Shown here: positions 29,401 to 43,300 of the stretch, in pieces
Layout of the letters: each line of letters opens with the position of its first letter
Numbering within the stretch: position 1 is the stretch's first letter
DNA from: the human T2T-CHM13v2.0 reference genome, Homo sapiens
Reading direction: 5' to 3' (one strand)
Length of the DNA stretch: 64,000 bases
NCBI RefSeq assembly: GCF_009914755.1
Contig: NC_060939.1
Position numbers and translations under genes: made by a program
Notes under the pieces: model-generated
Told to the model about the DNA's origin: nothing
The model's database searches: none
The model's input: the letters and a program-made list of their open reading frames with translations, nothing else

Positions 29401-32400
29401 CCATTCCATTCGAATCAATTACATAGCAATCCATTACATTCGAGTCTATTCTCTTCCGTTCCATTCGATTTCGTTCCAATCCATTCGATTCCATTCCATT
29501 CGATTCCATTCCATACTATTGCATTCCATTCGATTACATTATATTCGAATAAGTTCCATTCAAGACCATTTCTTTTGAGTCCATTCTATTTGAGTCCATT
29601 CCCTTTGATTCCATAACATTTGAGTCCATTCAATTCCATTCCTTTCGTTTCCATTCCATTTGATGCCATTCCATTCAATTCTGTTCTACTCGACTCCAAT
29701 ACATTCAATTCCATTCCATCCGATTCCATTACATTCTTTTCATTTCTTATCCATTTCAAGCCATTCCACTCCATTCCATTCCACTCGTTTCCTTTCCATT
29801 CGAGTCCATTCCTCTCCAGTCCATTCCGTTCAATCCATTCCATTCCAGTCCATTCCATTCGAGTCCGTTCCATTCCAGTCCATTCCATTCGAGTCAATTC
29901 CATTCCATTCGATGTCTTTCCATAACGATCCATTCCATTCTATTCCTTTCGATTCCATTCCATTCTATTTCATTCCATTCGATTCCCTTCCATTGGACTC
30001 CTTTCCATTCGAGTGCATTCCATTCCGTTCCATTTCTTTCCGTTCTGTACGATTCCTACCGTTCGATTTCATTTTCTTCCAGTCCATTCTTTCGCGTCCA
30101 TTCCATTCCATTTCACTCCATTCGATTCCATTCCACTCGATTCCACTTCGTTCCATTTCATTGCATTCCATTCTATTCAACTCTATTGCCTTCCATTCCA
30201 TTCCATTCGATTACATTCCATGCGATTCCATTCGAAATCGAATCAATTACATTGCAATCCATTACTATTGAGTCCGTTTTATTCCAGTCCACTGCATTCT
30301 GGTCCATTCCATTTGATTCCATTCCATTCTATTCCATTCCATACAGTTGCATTCCATTGGATTCCATGCTATATCTATAAATTCAATTCGAGACCATTGC
30401 TTTTGAGTCCATTCTATATGATTCCATTCCATTCAAGTCCATTACATTTGGTTAAATTCCATTCCATTCGGTTCAATTCCATTCCATTCCATTCCCTTCC
30501 ATTCCATTCCAGTTGATATCAATCCATTCGATTCCATTCCATTCGAGCACATTCCATTCGAGTCCATTCCATTCGATGCCATTCCATTTGATTCTATTCC
30601 ATTAGTCTCCATTCAATTCCATTAATCTCCATTCCATTCCATTCTACTCCAACTGATTCCATTCCATTCTATTCCTTTTTATTCCATTCCATTCCATTCC
30701 ATTCCATTCCATTCCATTCCATTCGTGTCCATTCCACTCCAGTCCATTCCATTCGTATCCATTCCATTCCAGTCCATTCCATTTGTGTCCACTGCATTCC
30801 ATTCCACTCCATTCCATATTATTCCATTACACTCCATTCCATTCTATTACTTTCATTTCCATTCAATTCCATTCCATTTGATTCCATTCCACTCGGTTTC
30901 ACTTTTTTTGAGTCCACTCCATTCCATTCCATTCCATTCAGTTCCATTCCATTCTGTTCCATTCCATTCCGTTCCATTACATTGCATTCCATTCGGTACC
31001 ATTCCATATTGTTCCATTCGATTCCATTCGAATCCATTCCATTCCAGTCCATTCCATTCGATTCCATTCCATTCATTTCAATTCCATTCCATTCCATTCC
31101 ATTACATTCCACTTGATTCCTCTCCATTCCCTTCCACTGCATTCCGTTCGATTCCATTCCATTGCATTGCATTCCATTCCATTGGATTGCATTCCATTCG
31201 ATTCCATTCCATTCGAATCAATTACATAGCAATCCATTACATTCGAGTCTATTCTCTTCCGTTCCATTCGATTTCGTTCCAATCCATTCGATTCCATTCC
31301 ATTCGATTCCATTCCATACTATTGCATTCCATTCGATTACATTATATTCGAATAAGTTCCATTCAAGACCATTTCTTTTGAGTCCATTCTATTTGAGTCC
31401 ATTCCCTTTGATTCCATAACATTTGAGTCCATTCAATTCCATTCCTTTCGTTTCCATTCCATTTGATGCCATTCCATTCAATTCTGTTCTACTCGACTCC
31501 AATACATTCAATTCCATTCCATCCGATTCCATTACATTCTTTTCATTTCTTATCCATTTCAAGCCATTCCACTCCATTCCATTCCACTCGTTTCCTTTCC
31601 ATTCGAGTCCATTCCTCTCCAGTCCATTCCGTTCAATCCATTCCATTCCAGTCCATTCCATTCGAGTCCGTTCCATTCCAGTCCATTCCATTCGAGTCAA
31701 TTCCATTCCATTCGATGTCTTTCCATAACGATCCATTCCATTCTATTCCTTTCGATTCCATTCCATTCTATTTCATTCCATTCGATTCCCTTCCATTGGA
31801 CTCCTTTCCATTCGAGTGCATTCCATTCCGTTCCATTTCTTTCCGTTCTGTACGATTCCTACCGTTCGATTTCATTTTGTTCCTGTCCATTCCTTTCGCG
31901 TCCATTCCATTCCATTTCACTCCATTCGATTCCATTCCACTCGATTCCACTTCGTTCCATTTCATTGCATTCCATTCTATTCAACTCTATTGCCTTCCAT
32001 TCCATTCCATTCGATTACATTCCATGCGATTCCATTCGAAATCGAATCAATTACATTGCAAACCATTACTATTGAGTCCGTTTTATTCCAGTCCACTGCA
32101 TTCTGGTCCATTCCATTTGATTCCATTCCATTCTATTCCATTCCATACAGTTGCATTCCATTGGATTCCATGCTATATCTATAAATTCAATTCGAGACCA
32201 TTGCTTTTGAGTCCATTCTATATGATTCCATTCCATTCAAGTCCATTACATTTGGTTCAATTCCATTCCATTCCATTCCCTTTCATTCCATTCCATTTGA
32301 TATCAATCCATTCGATTCCATTCCATTCGAGCACATTCCATTCGAGTCCATTCCATTCGATGCCATTCCATTTGATTCTATTCCATTAGTCTCCATTCAA

Positions 32401-34311
32401 TTCCATTAATCTCCATTCCATTCCATTCTACTCCAACTGATTCCATTCCATTCTATTCCTTTCCATTCCATTTCATTCCATTCCATTCCACTCCATTCCA
32501 TTCCATTCCATTCCATTCGTGTCCATTCCACTCCAGTCCATTCCATTCGTGTCCATTCCATTCCAGTCCATTCCATTTGTGTCCACTGCATTCCATTCCA
32601 CTCCATTCCATATTATTCCATTACACTCCATTCCATTCTATTACTTTCATTTCCATTCAATTCCATTCCATTTGATTCCATTCCACTCGGTTTCATTCCA
32701 TTTGAGTTCACTCCATTCCATTCCATTCCATTCCATTCAGTTCCATTCCATTCCGTTCCATTACATTCCATTCCATTCGGTACCATTCCATATTGTTCCA
32801 TTCGATTCCATTCGAATCCATTCCATTGCAGTCCATTCCATTCGATTCCATTCCATTCATTTCAATTCCATTCCATTCCATTCCTTTCCATTCCACTTGA
32901 TTCCTCTCCATTCCCTTCCACTGCATTCCATTCGATTCCATTCCATTGCATTGCATTCCATTCCATTGGATTGCATTCCATTCGATTCCATTCCATTCGA
33001 ATCAATTACATAGCAATCCATTACATTCGAGTCTATTCTATTCCGTTCCATTCGATTTCGTTCCAATCCATTCGATTCCATTCCATTCGATTCCATTCCA
33101 TACTATTGCATTCCATTCGATTACATTATATTCGAATAAGTTCCATTCAAGACCATTTCTTTTGAGTCCATTCTATTTGAGTCCATTCCCTTTGATTCCA
33201 TAACATTTGAGTCCATTCAATTCCATTCCTTTCGTTTCCATTCCATTTGATGCCATTCCATTCAATTCTGTTCTACTCGACTCCAATACATTCAATTCCA
33301 TTCCATCCGATTCCATTACATTCTTTTCATTTCTTATCCATTTCAAGCCATTCCACTCCATTCCATTCCACTCGTTTCCTTTCCATTCGAGTCCATTCCT
33401 CTCCAGTCCATTCCGTTCAATCCATTCCATTCCAGTCCATTCCATTCGAGTCCGTTCCATTCCAGTCCATTCCATTCGAGTCAATTCCATTCCATTCGAT
33501 GTCTTTCCATAACGATCCATTCCATTCTATTCCTTTCGATTCCATTCCATTCTATTTCATTCCATTCGATTCCCTTCCATTGGACTCCTTTCCATTCGAG
33601 TGCATTCCATTCCGTTCCATTTCTTTCCGTTCTGTACGATTCCTACCGTTCGATTTCATTTTCTTCCAGTCCATTCTTTCGCGTCCATGCCATTCCATTT
33701 CACTCCATTCGATTCCATTCCACTCGATTCCACTTCGTTCCATTTCATTGCATTCCATTCTATTCAACTCTATTGCCTTCCATTCCATTCCATTCGATTA
33801 CATTCCATGCGATTCCATTCGAAATCGAATCAATTACATTGCAATCCATTACTATTGAGTCCGTTTTATTCCAGTCCACTGCATTCTGGTCCATTCCATT
33901 TGATTCCATTCCATTCTATTCCATTCCATACAGTTGCATTCCATTGGATTCCATGCTATATCTATAAATTCAATTCGAGACCATTGCTTTTGAGTCCATT
34001 CTATATGATTCCATTCCATTCAAGTCCATTACATTTGGTTAAATTCCATTCCATTCGGTTCAATTCCATTCCATTCCATTCCCTTCCATTCCATTCCAGT
34101 TGATATCAATCCATTCGATTCCATTCCATTCGAGCACATTCCATTCGAATCCATTCCATTCGATGCCATTCCATTTGATTCTATTCCATTAGTCTCCATT
34201 CAATTCCATTAATCTCCATTCCATTCCATTCTACTCCAACTGATTCCATTCCATTCTATTCCTTTCCATTCCATTTCATTCCATTCCATTCCATTCCATT
34301 CCATTCCATTC
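23485..34311 (+). repeat. Higher-order block 1 (6 monomers A-B-C-D-E-F, 10827 bp)
   Basis: Seen: A and B carry the 1 bp deletion GCGTCCATTCATTCC, and A also has TTCAAAATCG. C and D have CCTTTTTATT. E has ACTTTTTTTG, a +1 insertion and a 20 bp deletion. F has a 10 bp deletion and GCGTCCATGCC. Confidence 0.85.
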
Positions 34312-37300
34312 GTGTCCATTCCACTCCAGTCCATTCCATTCGTATCCATTCCATTCCAGTCCATTCCATTTGTGTCCACTGCATTCCATTCCACTCCATT
34401 CCATATTATTCCATTACACTCCATTCCATTCTATTACTTTCATTTCCATTCAATTCCATTCCATTTGATTCCATTCCACTCGGTTTCATTCCATTTGAGT
34501 CCACTCCATTCCATTCCATTCCATTCAGTTCCATTCCATTCTGTTCCATTCCATTCCGTTCCATTACATTCCATTCCATTCGGTACCATTCCATATTGTT
34601 CCATTCGATTCCATTCGAATCCATTCCATTCCAGTCCATTCCATTCGATTCCATTCCATTCATTTCAATTCCATTCCATTCCATTCCATTACATTCCACT
34701 TGATTCCTCTCCATTCCCTTCCACTGCATTCCGTTCGATTCCATTCCATTGCATTGCATTCCATTCCATTGGATTGCATTCCATTCGATTCCATTCCATT
34801 CGAATCAATTACATAGCAATCCATTACATTCGAGTCTATTCTCTTCCGTTCCATTCGATTTCGTTCCAATCCATTCGATTCCATTCCATTCGATTCCATT
34901 CCATACTATTGCATTCCATTCGATTACATTATATTCGAATAAGTTCCATTCAAGACCATTTCTTTTGAGTCCATTCTATTTGAGTCCATTCCCTTTGATT
35001 CCATAACATTTGAGTCCATTCAATTCCATTCCTTTCGTTTCCATTCCATTTGATGCCATTCCATTCAATTCTGTTCTACTCGACTCCAATACATTCAATT
35101 CCATTCCATCCGATTCCATTACATTCTTTTCATTTCTTATCCATTTCAAGCCATTCCACTCCATTCCATTCCACTCGTTTCCTTTCCATTCGAGTCCATT
35201 CCTCTCCAGTCCATTCCGTTCAATCCATTCCATTCCAGTCCATTCCATTCGAGTCCGTTCCATTCCAGTCCATTCCATTCGAGTCAATTCCATTCCATTC
35301 GATGTCTTTCCATAACGATCCATTCCATTCTATTCCTTTCGATTCCATTCCATTCTATTTCATTCCATTCGATTCCCTTCCATTGGACTCCTTTCCATTC
35401 GAGTGCATTCCATTCCGTTCCATTTCTTTCCGTTCTGTACGATTCCTACCGTTCGATTTCATTTTGTTCCAGTCCATTCTTTCGCGTCCATTCATTCCAT
35501 TTCACTCCATTCGATTCCATTCCACTCGATTCCACTTCGTTCCATTTCATTGCATTCCATTCTATTCAACTCTATTGCCTTCCATTCCATTCCATTCGAT
35601 TACATTCCATGCGATTCCATTCAAAATCGAATCAATTACATTGCAATCCATTACTATTGAGTCCGTTTTATTCCAGTCCACTGCATTCTGGTCCATTCCA
35701 TTTGATTCCATTCCATTCTATTCCATTCCATACAGTTGCATTCCATTGGATTCCATGCTATATCTATAAATTCAATTCGAGACCATTGCTTTTGAGTCCA
35801 TTCTATATGATTCCATTCCATTCAAGTCCATTACATTTGGTTAAATTCCATTCCATTCGGTTCAATTCCATTCCATTCCATTCCCTTCCATTCCATTCCA
35901 GTTGATATCAATCCATTCGATTCCATTCCATTCGAGCACATTCCATTCGAGTCCATTCCATTCGATGCCATTCCATTTGATTCTATTCCATTAGTCTCCA
36001 TTCAATTCCATTAATCTCCATTCCATTCCATTCTACTCCAACTGATTCCATTCCATTCTATTCCTTTCCATTCCATTTCATTCCATTCCATTCCATTCCA
36101 TTCCATTCCATTCCATTCCATTCCATTCGTGTCCATTCCACTCCAGTCCATTCCATTCGTATCCATTCCATTCCAGTCCATTCCATTTGTGTCCACTGCA
36201 TTCCATTCCACTCCATTCCATATTATTCCATTACACTCCATTCCATTCTATTACTTTCATTTCCATTCAATTCCATTCCATTTGATTCCATTCCACTCGG
36301 TTTCATTCCATTTGAGTCCACTCCATTCCATTCCATTCCATTCAGTTCCATTCCATTCTGTTCCATTCCATTCCGTTCCATTACATTCCATTCCATTCGG
36401 TACCATTCCATATTGTTCCATTCGATTCCATTCGAATCCATTCCATTCCAGTCCATTCCATTCGATTCCATTCCATTCATTTCAATTCCATTCCATTCCA
36501 TTCCATTACATTCCACTTGATTCCTCTCCATTCCCTTCCACTGCATTCCGTTCGATTCCATTCCATTGCATTGCATTCCATTCCATTGGATTGCATTCCA
36601 TTCGATTCCATTCCATTCGAATCAATTACATAGCAATCCATTACATTCGAGTCTATTCTCTTCCGTTCCATTCGATTTCGTTCCAATCCATTCGATTCCA
36701 TTCCATTCGATTCCATTCCATACTATTGCATTCCATTCGATTACATTATATTCGAATAAGTTCCATTCAAGACCATTTCTTTTGAGTCCATTCTATTTGA
36801 GTCCATTCCCTTTGATTCCATAACATTTGAGTCCATTCAATTCCATTCCTTTCGTTTCCATTCCATTTGATGCCATTCCATTCAATTCTGTTCTACTCGA
36901 CTCCAATACATTCAATTCCATTCCATCCGATTCCATTACATTCTTTTCATTTCTTATCCATTTCAAGCCATTCCACTCCATTCCATTCCACTCGTTTCCT
37001 TTCCATTCGAGTCCATTCCTCTCCAGTCCATTCCGTTCAATCCATTCCATTCCAGTCCATTCCATTCGAGTCCGTTCCATTCCAGTCCATTCCATTCGAG
37101 TCAATTCCATTCCATTCGATGTCTTTCCATAACGATCCATTCCATTCTATTCCTTTCGATTCCATTCCATTCTATTTCATTCCATTCGATTCCCTTCCAT
37201 TGGACTCCTTTCCATTCGAGTGCATTCCATTCCGTTCCATTTCTTTCCGTTCTGTACGATTCCTACCGTTCGATTTCATTTTGTTCCAGTCCATTCTTTC

Positions 37301-40300
37301 GCGTCCATTCATTCCATTTCACTCCATTCGATTCCATTCCACTCGATTCCACTTCGTTCCATTTCATTGCATTCCATTCTATTCAACTCTATTGCCTTCC
37401 ATTCCATTCCATTCGATTACATTCCATGCGATTCCATTCGAAATCGAATCAATTACATTGCAATCCATTACTATTGAGTCCGTTTTATTCCAGTCCACTG
37501 CATTCTGGTCCATTCCATTTGATTCCATTCCATTCTATTCCATTCCATACAGTTGCATTCCATTGGATTCCATGCTATATCTATAAATTCAATTCGAGAC
37601 CATTGCTTTTGAGTCCATTCTATATGATTCCATTCCATTCAAGTCCATTACATTTGGTTAAATTCCATTCCATTCGGTTCAATTCCATTCCATTCCATTC
37701 CCTTCCATTCCATTCCAGTTGATATCAATCCATTCGATTCCATTCCATTCGAGCACATTCCATTCGAGTCCATTCCATTCGATGCCATTCCATTTGATTC
37801 TATTCCATTAGTCTCCATTCAATTCCATTAATCTCCATTCCATTCCATTCTACTCCAACTGATTCCATTCCATTCTATTCCTTTCCATTCCATTTCATTC
37901 CATTCCATTCCATTCCATTCCATTCCATTCCATTCCATTCGTGTCCATTCCACTCCAGTCCATTCCATTCGTATCCATTCCATTCCAGTCCATTCCATTT
38001 GTGTCCACTGCATTCCATTCCACTCCATTCCATATTATTCCATTACACTCCATTCCATTCTATTACTTTCATTTCCATTCAATTCCATTCCATTTGATTC
38101 CATTCCACTCGGTTTCATTCCATTTGAGTCCACTCCATTCCATTCCATTCCATTCAGTTCCATTCCATTCTGTTCCATTCCATTCCGTTCCATTACATTC
38201 CATTCCATTCGGTACCATTCCATATTGTTCCATTCGATTCCATTCGAATCCATTCCATTCCAGTCCATTCCATTCGATTCCATTCCATTCATTTCAATTC
38301 CATTCCATTCCATTCCATTACATTCCACTTGATTCCTCTCCATTCCCTTCCACTGCATTCCGTTCGATTCCATTCCATTGCATTGCATTCCATTCCATTG
38401 GATTGCATTCCATTCGATTCCATTCCATTCGAATCAATTACATAGCAATCCATTACATTCGAGTCTATTCTCTTCCGTTCCATTCGATTTCGTTCCAATC
38501 CATTCGATTCCATTCCATTCGATTCCATTCCATACTATTGCATTCCATTCGATTACATTATATTCGAATAAGTTCCATTCAAGACCATTTCTTTTGAGTC
38601 CATTCTATTTGAGTCCATTCCCTTTGATTCCATAACATTTGAGTCCATTCAATTCCATTCCTTTCGTTTCCATTCCATTTGATGCCATTCCATTCAATTC
38701 TGTTCTACTCGACTCCAATACATTCAATTCCATTCCATCCGATTCCATTACATTCTTTTCATTTCTTATCCATTTCAAGCCATTCCACTCCATTCCATTC
38801 CACTCGTTTCCTTTCCATTCGAGTCCATTCCTCTCCAGTCCATTCCATTCAATCCATTCCATTCCAGTCCATTCCATTCGAGTCCGTTCCATTCCAGTCC
38901 ATTCCATTCGAGTCAATTCCATTCCATTCGATGTCTTTCCATAACGATCCATTCCATTCTATTCCTTTCGATTCCATTCCATTCTATTTCATTCCATTCG
39001 ATTCCCTTCCATTGGACTCCTTTCCATTCGAGTGCATTCCATTCCGTTCCATTTCTTTCCGTTCTGTACGATTCCTACCGTTCGATTTCATTTTCTTCCA
39101 GTCCATTCTTTCGCGTCCATTCCATTCCATTTCACTCCATTCGATTCCATTCCACTCGATTCCACTTCGTTCCATTTCATTGCATTCCATTCTATTCAAC
39201 TCTATTGCCTTCCATTCCATTCCATTCGATTACATTCCATGCGATTCCATTCGAAATCGAATCAATTACATTGCAATCCATTACTATTGAGTCCGTTTTA
39301 TTCCAGTCCACTGCATTCTGGTCCATTCCATTTGATTCCATTCCATTCTATTCCATTCCATACAGTTGCATTCCATTGGATTCCATGCTATATCTATAAA
39401 TTCAATTCGAGACCATTGCTTTTGAGTCCATTCTATATGATTCCATTCCATTCAAGTCCATTACATTTGGTTAAATTCCATTCCATTCGGTTCAATTCCA
39501 TTCCATTCCATTCCCTTCCATTCCATTCCAGTTGATATCAATCCATTCGATTCCATTCCATTCGAGCACATTCCATTCGAGTCCATTCCATTCGATGCCA
39601 TTCCATTTGATTCTATTCCATTAGTCTCCATTCAATTCCATTAATCTCCATTCCATTCCATTCTACTCCAACTGATTCCATTCCATTCTATTCCTTTTTA
39701 TTCCATTTCATTCCATTCCATTCCATTCCATTCCATTCCATTCCATTCGTGTCCATTCCACTCCAGTCCATTCCATTCGTATCCATTCCATTCCAGTCCA
39801 TTCCATTTGTGTCCACTGCATTCCATTCCACTCCATTCCATATTATTCCATTACACTCCATTCCATTCTATTACTTTCATTTCCATTCAATTCCATTCCA
39901 TTTGATTCCATTCCACTCGGTTTCATTCCATTTGAGTCCACTCCATTCCATTCCATTCCATTCAGTTCCATTCCATTCTGTTCCATTCCATTCCGTTCCA
40001 TTACATTCCATTCCATTCGGTACCATTCCATATTGTTCCATTCGATTCCATTCGAATCCATTCCATTCCAGTCCATTCCATTCGATTCCATTCCATTCAT
40101 TTCAATTCCATTCCATTCCATTCCATTACATTCCACTTGATTCCTCTCCATTCCCTTCCACTGCATTCCGTTCGATTCCATTCCATTGCATTGCATTCCA
40201 TTCCATTGGATTGCATTCCATTCGATTCCATTCCATTCGAATCAATTACATAGCAATCCATTACATTCGAGTCTATTCTCTTCCGTTCCATTCGATTTCG

Positions 40301-43300
40301 TTCCAATCCATTCGATTCCATTCCATTCGATTCCATTCCATACTATTGCATTCCATTCGATTACATTATATTCGAATAAGTTCCATTCAAGACCATTTCT
40401 TTTGAGTCCATTCTATTTGAGTCCATTCCCTTTGATTCCATAACATTTGAGTCCATTCAATTCCATTCCTTTCGTTTCCATTCCATTTGATGCCATTCCA
40501 TTCAATTCTGTTCTACTCGACTCCAATACATTCAATTCCATTCCATCCGATTCCATTACATTCTTTTCATTTCTTATCCATTTCAAGCCATTCCACTCCA
40601 TTCCATTCCACTCGTTTCCTTTCCATTCGAGTCCATTCCTCTCCAGTCCATTCCGTTCAATCCATTCCATTCCAGTCCATTCCATTCGAGTCCGTTCCAT
40701 TCCAGTCCATTCCATTCGAGTCAATTCCATTCCATTCGATGTCTTTCCATAACGATCCATTCCATTCTATTCCTTTCGATTCCATTCCATTCTATTTCAT
40801 TCCATTCGATTCCCTTCCATTGGACTCCTTTCCATTCGAGTGCATTCCATTCCGTTCCATTTCTTTCCGTTCTGTACGATTCCTACCGTTCGATTTCATT
40901 TTCTTCCAGTCCATTCTTTCGCGTCCATTCCATTCCATTTCACTCCATTCGATTCCATTCCACTCGATTCCACTTCGTTCCATTTCATTGCATTCCATTC
41001 TATTCAACTCTATTGCCTTCCATTCCATTCCATTCGATTACATTCCATGCGATTCCATTCGAAATCGAATCAATTACATTGCAATCCATTACTATTGAGT
41101 CCGTTTTATTCCAGTCCACTGCATTCTGGTCCATTCCATTTGATTCCATTCCATTCTATTCCATTCCATACAGTTGCATTCCATTGGATTCCATGCTATA
41201 TCTATAAATTCAAGTCGAGACCATTGCTTTTGAGTCCATTCTATATGATTCCATTCCATTCAAGTCCATTACATTTGGTTAAATTCCATTCCATTCGGTT
41301 CAATTCCATTCCATTCCATTCCCTTCCATTCCATTCCAGTTGATATCAATCCATTCGATTCCATTCCATTCGAGCACATTCCATTCGAGTCCATTCCATT
41401 CGATGCCATTCCATTTGATTCTATTCCATTAGTCTCCATTCAATTCCATTAATCTCCATTCCATTCCATTCTACTCCAACTGATTCCATTCCATTCTATT
41501 CCTTTTTATTCCATTCCATTCCATTCCATTCCATTCCATTCCATTCCATTCGTGTCCATTCCACTCCAGTCCATTCCATTCGTATCCATTCCATTCCAGT
41601 CCATTCCATTTGTGTCCACTGCATTCCATTCCACTCCATTCCATATTATTCCATTACACTCCATTCCATTCTATTACTTTCATTTCCATTCAATTCCATT
41701 CCATTTGATTCCATTCCACTCGGTTTCACTTTTTTTGAGTCCACTCCATTCCATTCCATTCCATTCAGTTCCATTCCATTCTGTTCCATTCCATTCCGTT
41801 CCATTACATTGCATTCCATTCGGTACCATTCCATATTGTTCCATTCGATTCCATTCGAATCCATTCCATTCCAGTCCATTCCATTCGATTCCATTCCATT
41901 CATTTCAATTCCATTCCATTCCATTCCATTACATTCCACTTGATTCCTCTCCATTCCCTTCCACTGCATTCCGTTCGATTCCATTCCATTGCATTGCATT
42001 CCATTCCATTGGATTGCATTCCATTCGATTCCATTCCATTCGAATCAATTACATAGCAATCCATTACATTCGAGTCTATTCTCTTCCGTTCCATTCGATT
42101 TCGTTCCAATCCATTCGATTCCATTCCATTCGATTCCATTCCATACTATTGCATTCCATTCGATTACATTATATTCGAATAAGTTCCATTCAAGACCATT
42201 TCTTTTGAGTCCATTCTATTTGAGTCCATTCCCTTTGATTCCATAACATTTGAGTCCATTCAATTCCATTCCTTTCGTTTCCATTCCATTTGATGCCATT
42301 CCATTCAATTCTGTTCTACTCGACTCCAATACATTCAATTCCATTCCATCCGATTCCATTACATTCTTTTCATTTCTTATCCATTTCAAGCCATTCCACT
42401 CCATTCCATTCCACTCGTTTCCTTTCCATTCGAGTCCATTCCTCTCCAGTCCATTCCGTTCAATCCATTCCATTCCAGTCCATTCCATTCGAGTCCGTTC
42501 CATTCCAGTCCATTCCATTCGAGTCAATTCCATTCCATTCGATGTCTTTCCATAACGATCCATTCCATTCTATTCCTTTCGATTCCATTCCATTCTATTT
42601 CATTCCATTCGATTCCCTTCCATTGGACTCCTTTCCATTCGAGTGCATTCCATTCCGTTCCATTTCTTTCCGTTCTGTACGATTCCTACCGTTCGATTTC
42701 ATTTTGTTCCTGTCCATTCCTTTCGCGTCCATTCCATTCCATTTCACTCCATTCGATTCCATTCCACTCGATTCCACTTCGTTCCATTTCATTGCATTCC
42801 ATTCTATTCAACTCTATTGCCTTCCATTCCATTCCATTCGATTACATTCCATGCGATTCCATTCGAAATCGAATCAATTACATTGCAAACCATTACTATT
42901 GAGTCCGTTTTATTCCAGTCCACTGCATTCTGGTCCATTCCATTTGATTCCATTCCATTCTATTCCATTCCATACAGTTGCATTCCATTGGATTCCATGC
43001 TATATCTATAAATTCAATTCGAGACCATTGCTTTTGAGTCCATTCTATATGATTCCATTCCATTCAAGTCCATTACATTTGGTTCAATTCCATTCCATTC
43101 CATTCCCTTTCATTCCATTCCATTTGATATCAATCCATTCGATTCCATTCCATTCGAGCACATTCCATTCGAGTCCATTCCATTCGATGCCATTCCATTT
43201 GATTCTATTCCATTAGTCTCCATTCAATTCCATTAATCTCCATTCCATTCCATTCTACTCCAACTGATTCCATTCCATTCTATTCCTTTCCATTCCATTT

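Noticed and set aside
31463-32389. Longest ORF (308 aa), also at 42290, 51305 and 62142
   Set aside because: It arises by chance fusion of repeat frames through the +1 insertion and the 20 bp deletion. It is useful only as a marker of E-type units.
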